A DNA stretch of 29,739 nucleotides from an uncultured Nitrososphaerota archaeon (GCA_964518475.1 CAZFGR010000020.1:1-29739), one strand, 5' to 3'. Positions 6,457-16,060 are shown, numbered from the stretch's first letter. Numbers and translations: made by a program. Notes: generated from the sequence alone by a model not told the origin.

Positions 6457-7902
6457 TCACCTAAAGATCTCTGATCCAGCACCCTTCATCGTGACCTTAT
6501 CTACGGGGATTTTAAGTTCCTCACTAAGAATCCTAATTATCTCTGGTAGACACCGCGATCCCTGGCATCTACCCATGCAAGCATTAGTTCTGAACTTTAT
6601 GGAGTCTATTGTCTTAGCACCTCTTCTTATAGCTTCTCTTATCTCGGCTTCGGAAACATTGTTACAGAGGCATACTACTTTTCCGTATCTAGGATTTTCC
6701 CTTATTGCGTTATCAATTTCGTCAATACTCATATTTGATAATCCTTTGATAGCCTTGCGAACCTCTTTAAAATCGTCTTTTCCAACAAGTTCTAATCCCT
6801 CAGATTGCAGGATTTCTACGATTTTTTTAGCTATGATGTATGATGCGGTTAGACCTGGAGAGAGGATATAAGCAGCGTTTATGAACCCCTTCACCTCTGT
6901 CGGACCTAAAACAAAGTCCCAAGTATCCTCATTAACTGGTCTTACACCAGCATAATACTTCATAACAGCATTTACTGGGAAATCTGGTAAGAGTTCGTGA
7001 AACTTCTTTATGATCATATTTATATCCGATGAATCCACTTCAGTATCTTCTTTTCCCTTAGCTTCAACAAGATTCGGACCCCATATCGGAATCCCATCTG
7101 GGGAAATAGAGATTGCGCCTCCCTTTGTTCTGGGATCCACTCGAAGGGGCATTGGGGCAATTAAATGATTATAATAGTTCTGGAGACCTTGATCAAATAC
7201 CACCATTACTCCTTTACCATGCCACATCTTCCGTTTTCTTATTCCAGCTAATTCCTCTATTTTATCAGAATAAACTCCAGCGGCGTTTATTACAAATTTA
7301 GTCTCAATCCTCCCCTTATCCGTAACTACGGCTTTTATCTCGTTATTTTCTATTTCAAAACCAACAACTTGAGTATTGAGGAGAAAAATTACTCCGTTTT
7401 CAGCGGCATTCTCAGCTAGAGCAATGGCATACTTCACCGGATCCGTTACCCCTGCGGTGGGAACATATATAGCCGCTTTAGCTTTCCTATTCAGCTTGGG
7501 CTCCATCTCGAGAAGCTTCTTCTTCCATATCCACTTAGCATTTATCTTCTTAACAAGACGCAGATACAAATACGCGAAGATCAAGGCAAGAAATTGTACA
7601 AATGATAGCGCCACAATCAGAAGACCTGGCCGCTTAAATGGAATATCGAGCTCCTTAGCCAGTTTTTCAAACTCCTTGTTCCCTTCTAAGCACATCCATT
7701 CCTTATACTTACCTTTATGAGGAACAAAGGGATGTATAACACCCATATTACCCTTGGTGACACCCCACCCAACATCTGGTTCCTTATCTATTGCAACCAC
7801 TTTTAGTCTATATCTAGAGAGCTCTCTTGCAATTGCACAACCTACAACTCCACAACCAATTATAACAACATCAGCTTTTTCCGGCACCTCCTTGGATATC
7901 AT
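6457..7902 (-). CDS. glpA: FAD-dependent oxidoreductase with C-terminal BFD-like [2Fe-2S] domain (glycerol-3-phosphate dehydrogenase GlpA-like, DAO family)
   Basis: IIGCGVVG, TKGNMGVIH, INAAGVYSD, YAGVRP, SPGLTAS; C-terminal CLC…KFRT…MGRCQGSRC; context with a glycerol kinase homolog. Confidence 0.8.
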   Translation of the reverse strand: MISKEVPEKADVVIIGCGVVGCAIARELSRYRLKVVAIDKEPDVGWGVTKGNMGVIHPFVPHKGKYKEWMCLEGNKEFEKLAKELDIPFKRPGLLIVALSFVQFLALIFAYLYLRLVKKINAKWIWKKKLLEMEPKLNRKAKAAIYVPTAGVTDPVKYAIALAENAAENGVIFLLNTQVVGFEIENNEIKAVVTDKGRIETKFVINAAGVYSDKIEELAGIRKRKMWHGKGVMVVFDQGLQNYYNHLIAPMPLRVDPRTKGGAISISPDGIPIWGPNLVEAKGKEDTEVDSSDINMIIKKFHELLPDFPVNAVMKYYAGVRPVNEDTWDFVLGPTEVKGFINAAYILSPGLTASYIIAKKIVEILQSEGLELVGKDDFKEVRKAIKGLSNMSIDEIDNAIRENPRYGKVVCLCNNVSEAEIREAIRRGAKTIDSIKFRTNACMGRCQGSRCLPEIIRILSEELKIPVDKVTMKGAGSEIFR

Positions 7903-8052
7903 TTCATAGCTCCCCGAATAACATGAGTCCTTTGATAAAATCTCTATTACGAGTTTAAAAATGAGCTATATTTATGCCTCAGAGAACCAACGAATTTTTC
8001 TTAAATAGTCCTTTAATGTTTAAAATTCGCCAGTATTGAGTTATGAAGAGGA

Positions 8053-9783
8053 TCAGCCTAGTAATCGTCGAGCCAGAAACTCGGATAATTTTTTAATATC
8101 GTTCTCATTTCTTATTTTGAAAAGCCTTGCTCCTTTTTCCTCTAATTGTATTGCGAGCATATTGTACAGTGTTTCTGCGTGGAGAATATAGAGTTCATGT
8201 CCCTCTTCAAGTAATTGGAGGAGACAGTTCTTGGTTTTCTCCTGATTGTAAATCTCGGAATCTGTTATAAAAAAGACTAGTACTTTTCCTACAGCTTCTT
8301 TTATTAATCTCGTTAAAGCTTTGCATGGGAATTCTGTTCCATTAGCTTGATAGATTCCGATCGTGTTCTCTATTTCTTCATGCTTAGATCCCCATCTACT
8401 AATTATTGCTTTTCCAGAAAAATTCAAGACCGCTACTCTCGCTTTACTCTCCTTCGCATAACTAAGTAAGATATACGCTGTTAAGACTGCTAGGTCAAAT
8501 TTACTGTTTGGTGGATACTTCATCCCAAGTCTTTTCATCATACGTTTTGTTTGTTCGTCTATTCTTTCAAGTCTCCATCCTGGAAAATACCCCATACTTC
8601 CAGAACTATCAATGATTATGAGGATATTATGTTTCGGAACACCACCTTTCTCATCTACACTCCTTAATCCATAATGATCCCATTTGCGGGTCGTTAAATT
8701 GGGTATAAGTAGAGGAAAAGAGGATAACGAGAGGTAAATATCTAGTTTTTCTGGTGGATCAGTTACTTGCCATATTTTTGGAATCCTTACCGCTTCTCCT
8801 TCACGACTAACTCTTTTCTTCGGTGGCTGTTTAAGAAAGTCTTTAGCCCTTAATCGATACCACTGCTTAAGTAGCGGTGACGGATTTTTAATCCCAATAA
8901 CTTTCATAGCTGGTGTAGCCTTTATGATGTCTTTTCCAGTGGCCTCTAAAGCAGCTGTTATTAGTTCTAGCAAATCTGATGAAACCTCCCTCCCATGATA
9001 TCTCATCAACTGGAAAATGTCAGGAACATACGGATTTCGATACAAGATATTTTCTACTACCTTCTCTCTCCCTATAATTATCCGCGAAAACACTGGTTTT
9101 TTACTCTCCGAAAGCACCTTTTTGAGAGCTCTAGAGAAATTCCTTACAGCCTCTGGCCACTTCTCCTTTAAGAAGAATCCAGCCGATTCGAGAGCTTCAT
9201 AAGCTTTTTCACAAGCTTTTACAAAAAACTTATCGATTTTCTCCTTATACTTACTAGGGACTATTTCCTGCTCAGTGATCTTCTCCAATAGTAGGGTAAA
9301 GACCATAACTTTCTTGTTCTTAACAACTCGTTTCCAATCAATGCTCTCATACGATTTTTCAATAAACCATATTGTCTCATCTGGATATCTCTTATGAAGA
9401 TACGCGGTAATAACTAACTCAACGAATAAATTAGCTAAAAATACCCCCGTTTTCTCATCTGTTTCAGAAATAGCAATAGTTAAGATCTTTGTGGCATTAG
9501 CAGCGTCATAGGGACAGACAAGATAATATGCTATGCCACGTCGCCAAATCATTTTTAAGAAACGTGGTAAAGCTCCGTCAATCAATCTCCTCGGAATTCT
9601 AGAAACGTTCAGTTTTAGTACCCAATTCTCCTTATCAACACTAATAATACTCTCTCCCTTACCATTATGCACAATTATTGGTTCTGGAATAGAAGGGAAA
9701 TAAAACTCTGCTAGAACCTCTTTGTACAGTTTCTTAGCAAGTTTTACAAGATTCTCTCCAGCACTCATATCAAGTATCCTCAT
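8053..9783 (-). CDS. von Willebrand factor A (vWA) domain protein, MoxR partner
   Basis: Complete MIDAS: IIIDSSGSM, ANGT, FFITDSE; ATGA overlap with the upstream AAA gene. Confidence 0.85.
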   Translation of the reverse strand: MRILDMSAGENLVKLAKKLYKEVLAEFYFPSIPEPIIVHNGKGESIISVDKENWVLKLNVSRIPRRLIDGALPRFLKMIWRRGIAYYLVCPYDAANATKILTIAISETDEKTGVFLANLFVELVITAYLHKRYPDETIWFIEKSYESIDWKRVVKNKKVMVFTLLLEKITEQEIVPSKYKEKIDKFFVKACEKAYEALESAGFFLKEKWPEAVRNFSRALKKVLSESKKPVFSRIIIGREKVVENILYRNPYVPDIFQLMRYHGREVSSDLLELITAALEATGKDIIKATPAMKVIGIKNPSPLLKQWYRLRAKDFLKQPPKKRVSREGEAVRIPKIWQVTDPPEKLDIYLSLSSFPLLIPNLTTRKWDHYGLRSVDEKGGVPKHNILIIIDSSGSMGYFPGWRLERIDEQTKRMMKRLGMKYPPNSKFDLAVLTAYILLSYAKESKARVAVLNFSGKAIISRWGSKHEEIENTIGIYQANGTEFPCKALTRLIKEAVGKVLVFFITDSEIYNQEKTKNCLLQLLEEGHELYILHAETLYNMLAIQLEEKGARLFKIRNENDIKKLSEFLARRLLG

Positions 9784-11477
9784 GAAATAAGCGCTTTCCT
9801 AAGCTTCTCATGGATTTCTACAACGTTACTAAGCCCATATATGTCTATGTAAACAGGGCACCAGTCCTCGGTTCCAGTTATATGAATATTAACTAGTAGT
9901 CCATTCCCAGTAATAGATACTAGGCCCGGAGAGATTAATATATCATACCTTTTTGGAAAGTTAACGTACTCGCTTAGAACATAAGCAACTGGCTCGATTA
10001 TCTCTCGCCAGCGACCATAAGTAATCTCTATCGTCCTATGATTCTTCCTAATAAGCTTTTCATACACATGCATGAGCCTCTTCATCAATGGGTATGGCAG
10101 ATTTCGTGCCTTAGACAAAACTTCTTTGATCCTAGTCTCACTACCCTCCTCAATAGCATCAATTAGCTCCTTTATCATTACTGGATAATCAGAGTTCACA
10201 ACTACTCTAGCTGTAGGGTAGAGATCCATGGCAACTACGAGATCGCTATCACTGGATTCTTTCAAAGCATTTATTGTTGAAATATCAATATCTCCCAGCA
10301 AAATTTTTTCGAAGCCCTTGTAAAGTGGTAACCGAGCCACAAAGTTCTTTAAAACAGTCTCTACCACTTCTCTAGTAGCCTCGAAAACATTTCCATGAAA
10401 CTTTTCTAGGTATTCTGACTCGAATGTTAACCTATGCCATAGGACGTATGGTGCAATACTAGCTACGATCTCCAATGTTACTTCATCCAGTCCAAGAAGC
10501 CACGCCAGCGCTTTTGAGTATCTTACTAAATCCTGCGATGCTCTAACACTCACAAATGTTAGAACTCTATTACATACAGATTCTCTTGTGTTAAAATGAC
10601 AGCCCTCGCAAATGCTTTTACCTATTTGAAGAAATGCTCCAGTTTCTTTTGGTACTCTCACACATAAAGAAAGAGATTTTGTTAAGATACTTATGAATAA
10701 CTGAGCATCATTAGAAACGGGTATTCGAGAAATCACGTGCCAAAGAACCATTAACTCATTCTTAGACAATAAGGCTGGTACATTATAATCATTCGGTGGG
10801 AAGAGCTTTGTATCAGGCACCTCAGTAAGATTAAGGATTTCGTCAAACTTGGGGGAAACTATAGGAACAGCTAATCCAAATCTATCCAAGAAAGGAAGAC
10901 CTAGAGGGAAAGTTCCTACATCCCTAGGATTTATAGTTGCGTACAAGACATAATTGTCTACTCTATAAACTTCATCAAAATACTTTACTACACCCTCGCT
11001 AAGGAGAGAAAAAATAATATCTTGAGCATTTGGTGGTAATCTATTTATCTCATCAATGATTTTCCAGAAACTTTCAACAAATCTCCGCCACACAATTTCC
11101 TCCTTACCATCTCGGAGAAGCTTAGCTACGTGAAGCCTACCAACCATCTTCTCCTCCGTTATCTCAGGATGCGCACGAATAATTGCTTCCTCGATGGCTT
11201 CTATAGAATCGCCTGTCAATAGTCTTCCCAAGACTTTTACTAAGGTCGTCTTTCCGCCTCCGTATCCACCCACTAGTAGCATTGCGCCCTTGGGGACTAA
11301 AGCATTCAATACACATAAGGTAGCAACTAATGGTAGTTGCCGCTTCTCCCCATTTTTTAGGTACACTTCCAAAACATCACTGTGCACAAATATTTTATTC
11401 TCATTAACGAATTCAATTACTTTCCAAATCTTCCCCCTTAGATTCGCTACTCGGTCACTCGCTTCCATATCATTCAA
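9780..11477 (-). CDS. MoxR-family AAA+ ATPase
   Basis: Walker A GGYGGGKT, Walker B IIDEINR, sensor-1 YATINP, arginine finger FLDRF, sensor-2-like SVRA, WHRL. Confidence 0.9.
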   Translation of the reverse strand: MNDMEASDRVANLRGKIWKVIEFVNENKIFVHSDVLEVYLKNGEKRQLPLVATLCVLNALVPKGAMLLVGGYGGGKTTLVKVLGRLLTGDSIEAIEEAIIRAHPEITEEKMVGRLHVAKLLRDGKEEIVWRRFVESFWKIIDEINRLPPNAQDIIFSLLSEGVVKYFDEVYRVDNYVLYATINPRDVGTFPLGLPFLDRFGLAVPIVSPKFDEILNLTEVPDTKLFPPNDYNVPALLSKNELMVLWHVISRIPVSNDAQLFISILTKSLSLCVRVPKETGAFLQIGKSICEGCHFNTRESVCNRVLTFVSVRASQDLVRYSKALAWLLGLDEVTLEIVASIAPYVLWHRLTFESEYLEKFHGNVFEATREVVETVLKNFVARLPLYKGFEKILLGDIDISTINALKESSDSDLVVAMDLYPTARVVVNSDYPVMIKELIDAIEEGSETRIKEVLSKARNLPYPLMKRLMHVYEKLIRKNHRTIEITYGRWREIIEPVAYVLSEYVNFPKRYDILISPGLVSITGNGLLVNIHITGTEDWCPVYIDIYGLSNVVEIHEKLRKALIS

Positions 11478-12921
11478 CTCTTGCGATCATTCTCTTAAGT
11501 CTCTCAACTTCTTCAGATCCGATAACTCTGGATAGGTTTTCAAGGGCATTGTTAAAAATCTCAGTAAACTCCTTATCACTATAGATTTTAGCAAACATTG
11601 TGGGATGAGATATATTTTTTAATACACTTGATAAAGCAAGGAGGATATTATTATCCTTAGTACTTACCAACATTCTTAGGAATCTTTTTAGGATTTCATC
11701 CTTCCCAAAAATTCTTCTTAAATCAGATACTCTCCCATAAATTGCTAAATTCCATATAGCTTCGAGAGTTTTAGCATAAATCGCTCCTGAAAGAGAATCT
11801 TGTTCTTCTAGAATATCAGCAAGCATAATTATGATTTTCTCGCTGATTCTTCCCCGCTGAATGATGATAGTTAGCGTATCCAATATATCATAAAGACCTA
11901 TAGAAAAAGATTTCAGGTGATATAATTGTTCTCCAATATTCTCTACATCCACTTTATCTATCAATGCCTTTGTAGCCTTTGCGCTGATTTTTATTGCTGC
12001 TTTTTTTAGATCTGCATTCTTAAGAAGACCATAAAGCTCAATTACTTCGTAGGAATTCATTCCCAAAAGGCTTATCAATGACTGGACAGCATTTCCAGGA
12101 GCAATTCCTCCTTTCTCCGAGACAAGGATTTCATGCAACGACAAGACAATAGCGGAAATAGCTACGATAGAGAGCTCTGGATTCCTAAATATTGTCAAGA
12201 ATAGGGACTCAAGCTTATCTCTAGGTACATCATTTAGCCAGCAAAGGATATAGAACGAGGCGAATGCACTAATCTTATCAAAATTATTTCCGATTCTCTC
12301 TAAACTCTCGATAAAGCTTTGAGAAAACTCTTTTGTAAACAGCTTATCCGTGGTTAAGAGTAGAATTCTTAGACCCTCTACTACCTCTACTAACTTTTCA
12401 TCAACACCAGAAAATTCCAGTAGCTCTCTAGCTCTATTCATTATTCGTTGCTTAAACATTTCTAGTCTTTTCCATATCTCCTTACTCTTAGCAATATCTC
12501 TCAATATATCATCTAGTCCAATACCTAGCTCTTCACGAACCTCCTTATTGAGTACTAGTTCCAGCAGTTTTAGTATTTCTCCACTAACTAACTCGTATAT
12601 TTTAAGATCACAGACACGGCCTCTAATTGCTAACGAATTCCTTAACACGATTCTGAAATCAACTAAATAACCCTCCCCACAGTTCTCCTTTAAGAAATTC
12701 ATAAGAAAAGGTAAGGCACTATTCCAGAGCTCCATATTAATCGCTATCTCTGGCAAAAGTGCACATAGTTTTCTTAAGTTTTTTCTGCTCTTTTTAGCAC
12801 TTTCTAGCACCTCGAGTAGTCCCTTTGGATCATCATTGTTTAAAAGTGACAAAATATATTCCTTTGCTTCTCCTAACTTGTCTCTTGATAAAAGCTCTAG
12901 AAAGTACTCCTCGCCACCCAT
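11470..12921 (-). CDS. hypothetical all-helical protein with armadillo/HEAT-like repeats
   Basis: 483-aa ORF rich in L/I/E/K amphipathic helices; ARM-like units ending in EAIWNLA and SVLKNIS; overlaps the AAA gene by 8 nt. Confidence 0.75.
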   Translation of the reverse strand: MGGEEYFLELLSRDKLGEAKEYILSLLNNDDPKGLLEVLESAKKSRKNLRKLCALLPEIAINMELWNSALPFLMNFLKENCGEGYLVDFRIVLRNSLAIRGRVCDLKIYELVSGEILKLLELVLNKEVREELGIGLDDILRDIAKSKEIWKRLEMFKQRIMNRARELLEFSGVDEKLVEVVEGLRILLLTTDKLFTKEFSQSFIESLERIGNNFDKISAFASFYILCWLNDVPRDKLESLFLTIFRNPELSIVAISAIVLSLHEILVSEKGGIAPGNAVQSLISLLGMNSYEVIELYGLLKNADLKKAAIKISAKATKALIDKVDVENIGEQLYHLKSFSIGLYDILDTLTIIIQRGRISEKIIIMLADILEEQDSLSGAIYAKTLEAIWNLAIYGRVSDLRRIFGKDEILKRFLRMLVSTKDNNILLALSSVLKNISHPTMFAKIYSDKEFTEIFNNALENLSRVIGSEEVERLKRMIARVE

Positions 12922-12980
12922 CCCTTACCTACTCCCGTACCTTGCAACGCTGTTATAATGATTTTAACATATTTTGTGCC

Positions 12981-12995
12981 TTAAATATATTTTAA
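12981..12995. promoter_or_regulatory. palindromic AT element, possibly a bidirectional TATA box, in a divergent promoter region
   Basis: TTAAA-TATAT-TTTAA lies between divergent starts at 12921 and 13034. Confidence 0.3.
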
Positions 12996-13033
12996 TAGTG
13001 ATGCTCCGTCAATATGTAAAGAGGTGATGGTTA

Positions 13034-13681
13034 TTGGTCGAGTATATAACTCCTATACGATCAATGGACGAGTTCCTAATCGATTATTCATTAGTATGGT
13101 ATCCAATGAAATTACTAGAATACTCGGTCAATCGAAAAAAGTATAGATTCCTTTTCGATGCTTACCTAGCCAAAAAGATTGGTAAAGATGATGTTTACGT
13201 ACTACTTATCAGAAATCCTAAGAATTTTCAATTTTCTCCTAAAAAACCATTCGAAGGACTCGAATTAAATCATATAGTGACAGGAGAAGAGATTTTGCAA
13301 TCGTTATTAGCCTTTAGGCGCAGAATAGATAAGATAGAGGCAGAGCTTTATGGCGACTTGTTAAGTGATCAGGCAAAACTAGCAATAGGTTCTGGTTTAT
13401 TATTTGTGCCACCTCAGAAACTTAGAGAGTATGATGCTAAGTCACTATATTATTCTTCGATTCTCATGGCAAAAGAAATATTGCGGAAAATTGGTTTCAA
13501 AAAAGGATATGAAACAGCCACTTTATTAGGTGAAAAGAACGTTTATTACCCGCTCCTACTTAGTGCATCCCTAGATGAAGTAATAGAAATAGGACTAACG
13601 AACGAGCCCAGCAGATCCTTAACCGAGCTACTAAAGATAGAAGATGTTAGAAAAATTTTTGTTGAAATACTTAGTAGGTAG
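13034..13681 (+). CDS. hypothetical protein
   Basis: 215-aa ORF; GAGGTGA RBS before the TTG start; native composition; stop abuts the convergent ABC ATPase stop. Confidence 0.75.
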   Translation: MVEYITPIRSMDEFLIDYSLVWYPMKLLEYSVNRKKYRFLFDAYLAKKIGKDDVYVLLIRNPKNFQFSPKKPFEGLELNHIVTGEEILQSLLAFRRRIDKIEAELYGDLLSDQAKLAIGSGLLFVPPQKLREYDAKSLYYSSILMAKEILRKIGFKKGYETATLLGEKNVYYPLLLSASLDEVIEIGLTNEPSRSLTELLKIEDVRKIFVEILSR

Positions 13682-14686
13682 TTATCCACTATACAAGTGG
13701 CATGCAACGAATCTTCCCGGCTCCACCTCAACTAGTTTTGGCACCTCTTTTCTGCACTTATCAAACGCTTTGGGGCATCTTGGCCAGAATCTGCATCCCT
13801 TTGGAATCATTATTGGGGAGGGTATCTCTCCCTTTAAGACCATTCTGCGTTTTCTTCTCGCTTCTTCAGGATCGGGGATTGGAATAGCCGATATTAGAGC
13901 CTGACTATATGGATGCATAGGATCCTCTAACACACTCTCAGATTTTCCTTTCTCCACAATTTTTCCCAGATACATTATAGCTATCCTGTCTGTAAGATAA
14001 GCTGCTGTAGCGAGATCATGCGTAATGTAGAGGAACGATATACCTAGTTTCTCCCTCATCTCTAGCAATAGGTGGAGAATGCCTGCACGAATAGATACGT
14101 CAAGCATCGAGACAGGCTCATCCGCCACGATGAACTCTGGATTAGCTATAACTGCTCTAGCAATCACTACTCTCTGACGTTGACCTCCGCTGAGCTGGTG
14201 AGGATACTTATCAATCATTTCCTCCACGGGTGTTAACTTTACAAGTTCTAGAGCCTTTATTATTCGCTCATCTCTTTCCTCCGGTGATAGGTCAGGTTCT
14301 AGGAATTTAAGTGGTTCCTCTAGGAGTTCTCTAACGCTCATTCGTGGGTTTAAAGCCCCGTATGGATCCTGGTAGATAATCTGTAACTTCTTTCTAAACG
14401 GCCTTAATTCTTTATGAGGTAAGGTTGCTAAGTCAACTTTTCCTCTCCAGATAATTTCTCCCTCATCAGGATCGAGCAGTCGAATCAAAAGTTTTCCAGT
14501 AGTTGTTTTCCCGCTTCCACTCTCTCCAGCAAGTCCAAAGATCTCCTTCTCCTTTATCTCAAATGATATGCCATCAACAGCTCTTACCCATAGTTTTGGT
14601 TTGCGCGTAAGAACGTCCCAGAACGTTCTACGAACCGGGAACCATTTTCTTAAATTTCTTACAGAGAGGAGGACTCCATTAGACAT
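13682..14686 (-). CDS. oppF: oligopeptide/dipeptide ABC transporter ATP-binding subunit
   Basis: GESGSGKTT, QIIYQDPY, LSGGQRQR, ADEPVSMLD, ITHDL, C-terminal GCRFWPRC…C…VACH. Confidence 0.92.
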   Translation of the reverse strand: MSNGVLLSVRNLRKWFPVRRTFWDVLTRKPKLWVRAVDGISFEIKEKEIFGLAGESGSGKTTTGKLLIRLLDPDEGEIIWRGKVDLATLPHKELRPFRKKLQIIYQDPYGALNPRMSVRELLEEPLKFLEPDLSPEERDERIIKALELVKLTPVEEMIDKYPHQLSGGQRQRVVIARAVIANPEFIVADEPVSMLDVSIRAGILHLLLEMREKLGISFLYITHDLATAAYLTDRIAIMYLGKIVEKGKSESVLEDPMHPYSQALISAIPIPDPEEARRKRRMVLKGEIPSPIMIPKGCRFWPRCPKAFDKCRKEVPKLVEVEPGRFVACHLYSG

Positions 14687-14692
14687 TACTAT

Positions 14693-15706
14693 TCAACCCT
14701 CCATAATCACTTTCCATGCTTCTAAGGGCGATATATCTTTTAACTCATCTGCGAAGTGACACCTAACCAAGTGCCCATCTATCTCTGTTGGTTCGGGTAC
14801 GCTTTCTTTACATACGTCCTTAGCGAATGGGCATCGAGGAGCGAATGGACATCCCGGTGGTGGGAATATAAGATTCGGAGGTGCTCCTGGAAGAGAAATT
14901 AGCCTTCTCTCCTTTGCCCTTTTTATCGTTGGTACAGATGCAATAAGCCCCTTAGTATAGGGATGCACAGGCTTCTTGAATACACCGAAAACATCTCCAA
15001 CCTCTACGAGGTATCCAGCATACATAACAGCTACTCTATCAGCGATTTCTGCTATTACTGCCAAGTCATGCGTAATGTATATCATCGATAATCCATATCT
15101 CCTCTTTAACTTGCTCAAAAGATCCAGAATCTGAGCTTGGATAGTAACGTCTAGGGCCGTTGTAGGCTCGTCAGCAATTACAACGGAGGGATTAAGAGCC
15201 AAAGCCATAGCAATAACAACTCGCTGTTTCATTCCACCCGATAACTGATGAGGATAATCCTTAATTCTTGATGGGTCAAGACCCACTTGCAAGAATAGTT
15301 CTCGAACTATTTCATAGGCTTCTTCCCTAGTCACCCTCTCGTGTAACATTAGTACCTCTGCTACCTGGTCACCGACGGGGAAGACTGGGTTCAGTGCATT
15401 CATGGCTCCCTGGAAAATCATTGATATCTTTTTCCACCGTATAGCCCTTAGTAATGCCTCATCCATATTTACTATGTCCTCACCCTCTAGGTATATCTTC
15501 CCGTTAGCTATGTAGCCGTTCTTGGGTAGGAGTCTCATGAGTGATAGTCCCAAGGTTGATTTTCCGCACCCACTTTCTCCCACTAAGCCTAATGTTTCTC
15601 CTCTTTTTAGGGAAAAACTTACATTATTTACAGCCCTGACTTCGCCAAGTCTAGTAACATATCTCACAACAAGGTTTTCCACTCTCAATACTTCGTTCGC
15701 ATTCAT
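14693..15706 (-). CDS. oppD: oligopeptide/dipeptide ABC transporter ATP-binding subunit
   Basis: [50 protein letters not shown]. Confidence 0.92.
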   Translation of the reverse strand: MNANEVLRVENLVVRYVTRLGEVRAVNNVSFSLKRGETLGLVGESGCGKSTLGLSLMRLLPKNGYIANGKIYLEGEDIVNMDEALLRAIRWKKISMIFQGAMNALNPVFPVGDQVAEVLMLHERVTREEAYEIVRELFLQVGLDPSRIKDYPHQLSGGMKQRVVIAMALALNPSVVIADEPTTALDVTIQAQILDLLSKLKRRYGLSMIYITHDLAVIAEIADRVAVMYAGYLVEVGDVFGVFKKPVHPYTKGLIASVPTIKRAKERRLISLPGAPPNLIFPPPGCPFAPRCPFAKDVCKESVPEPTEIDGHLVRCHFADELKDISPLEAWKVIMEG

Positions 15707-15754
15707 ACCCCTACCTCCCTACCTATACCATAAAGCAATTATTTAACAAAAATT

Positions 15755-16060
15755 TTATTCAACTTCCTTACTTTCTTCCTTCCTCATACTTTCTTTAATC
15801 ATCTTAAGTTTTCTCTCCTCCTCCGCCATCTTACTAAGCCGCCTCGCTGCCTCCTTATAGCCCCATAACCTTGCTGATACAACAAAAAGTGCTACCATGG
15901 CTGAAAAAGCGAGAAGGTATAGGTAAAGCGCAACATTATACCACTCAATCATTGAAAAGTAATATCCACCCGCGATTCCCAGGATAAAAAGGATTATTGG
16001 AAGAAGCAATCCCATTATATCGTACTCTGCTTTGTATTCTTTCTTCCCCTCAGTAATCAA
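15755..16060 (-). CDS. small membrane protein (2 TM helices plus charged C-terminal tail)
   Basis: Two hydrophobic stretches; GGTGAG RBS before the TTG start; co-oriented within the ABC operon. Confidence 0.7.
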   Translation of the reverse strand: MITEGKKEYKAEYDIMGLLLPIILFILGIAGGYYFSMIEWYNVALYLYLLAFSAMVALFVVSARLWGYKEAARRLSKMAEEERKLKMIKESMRKEESKEVE

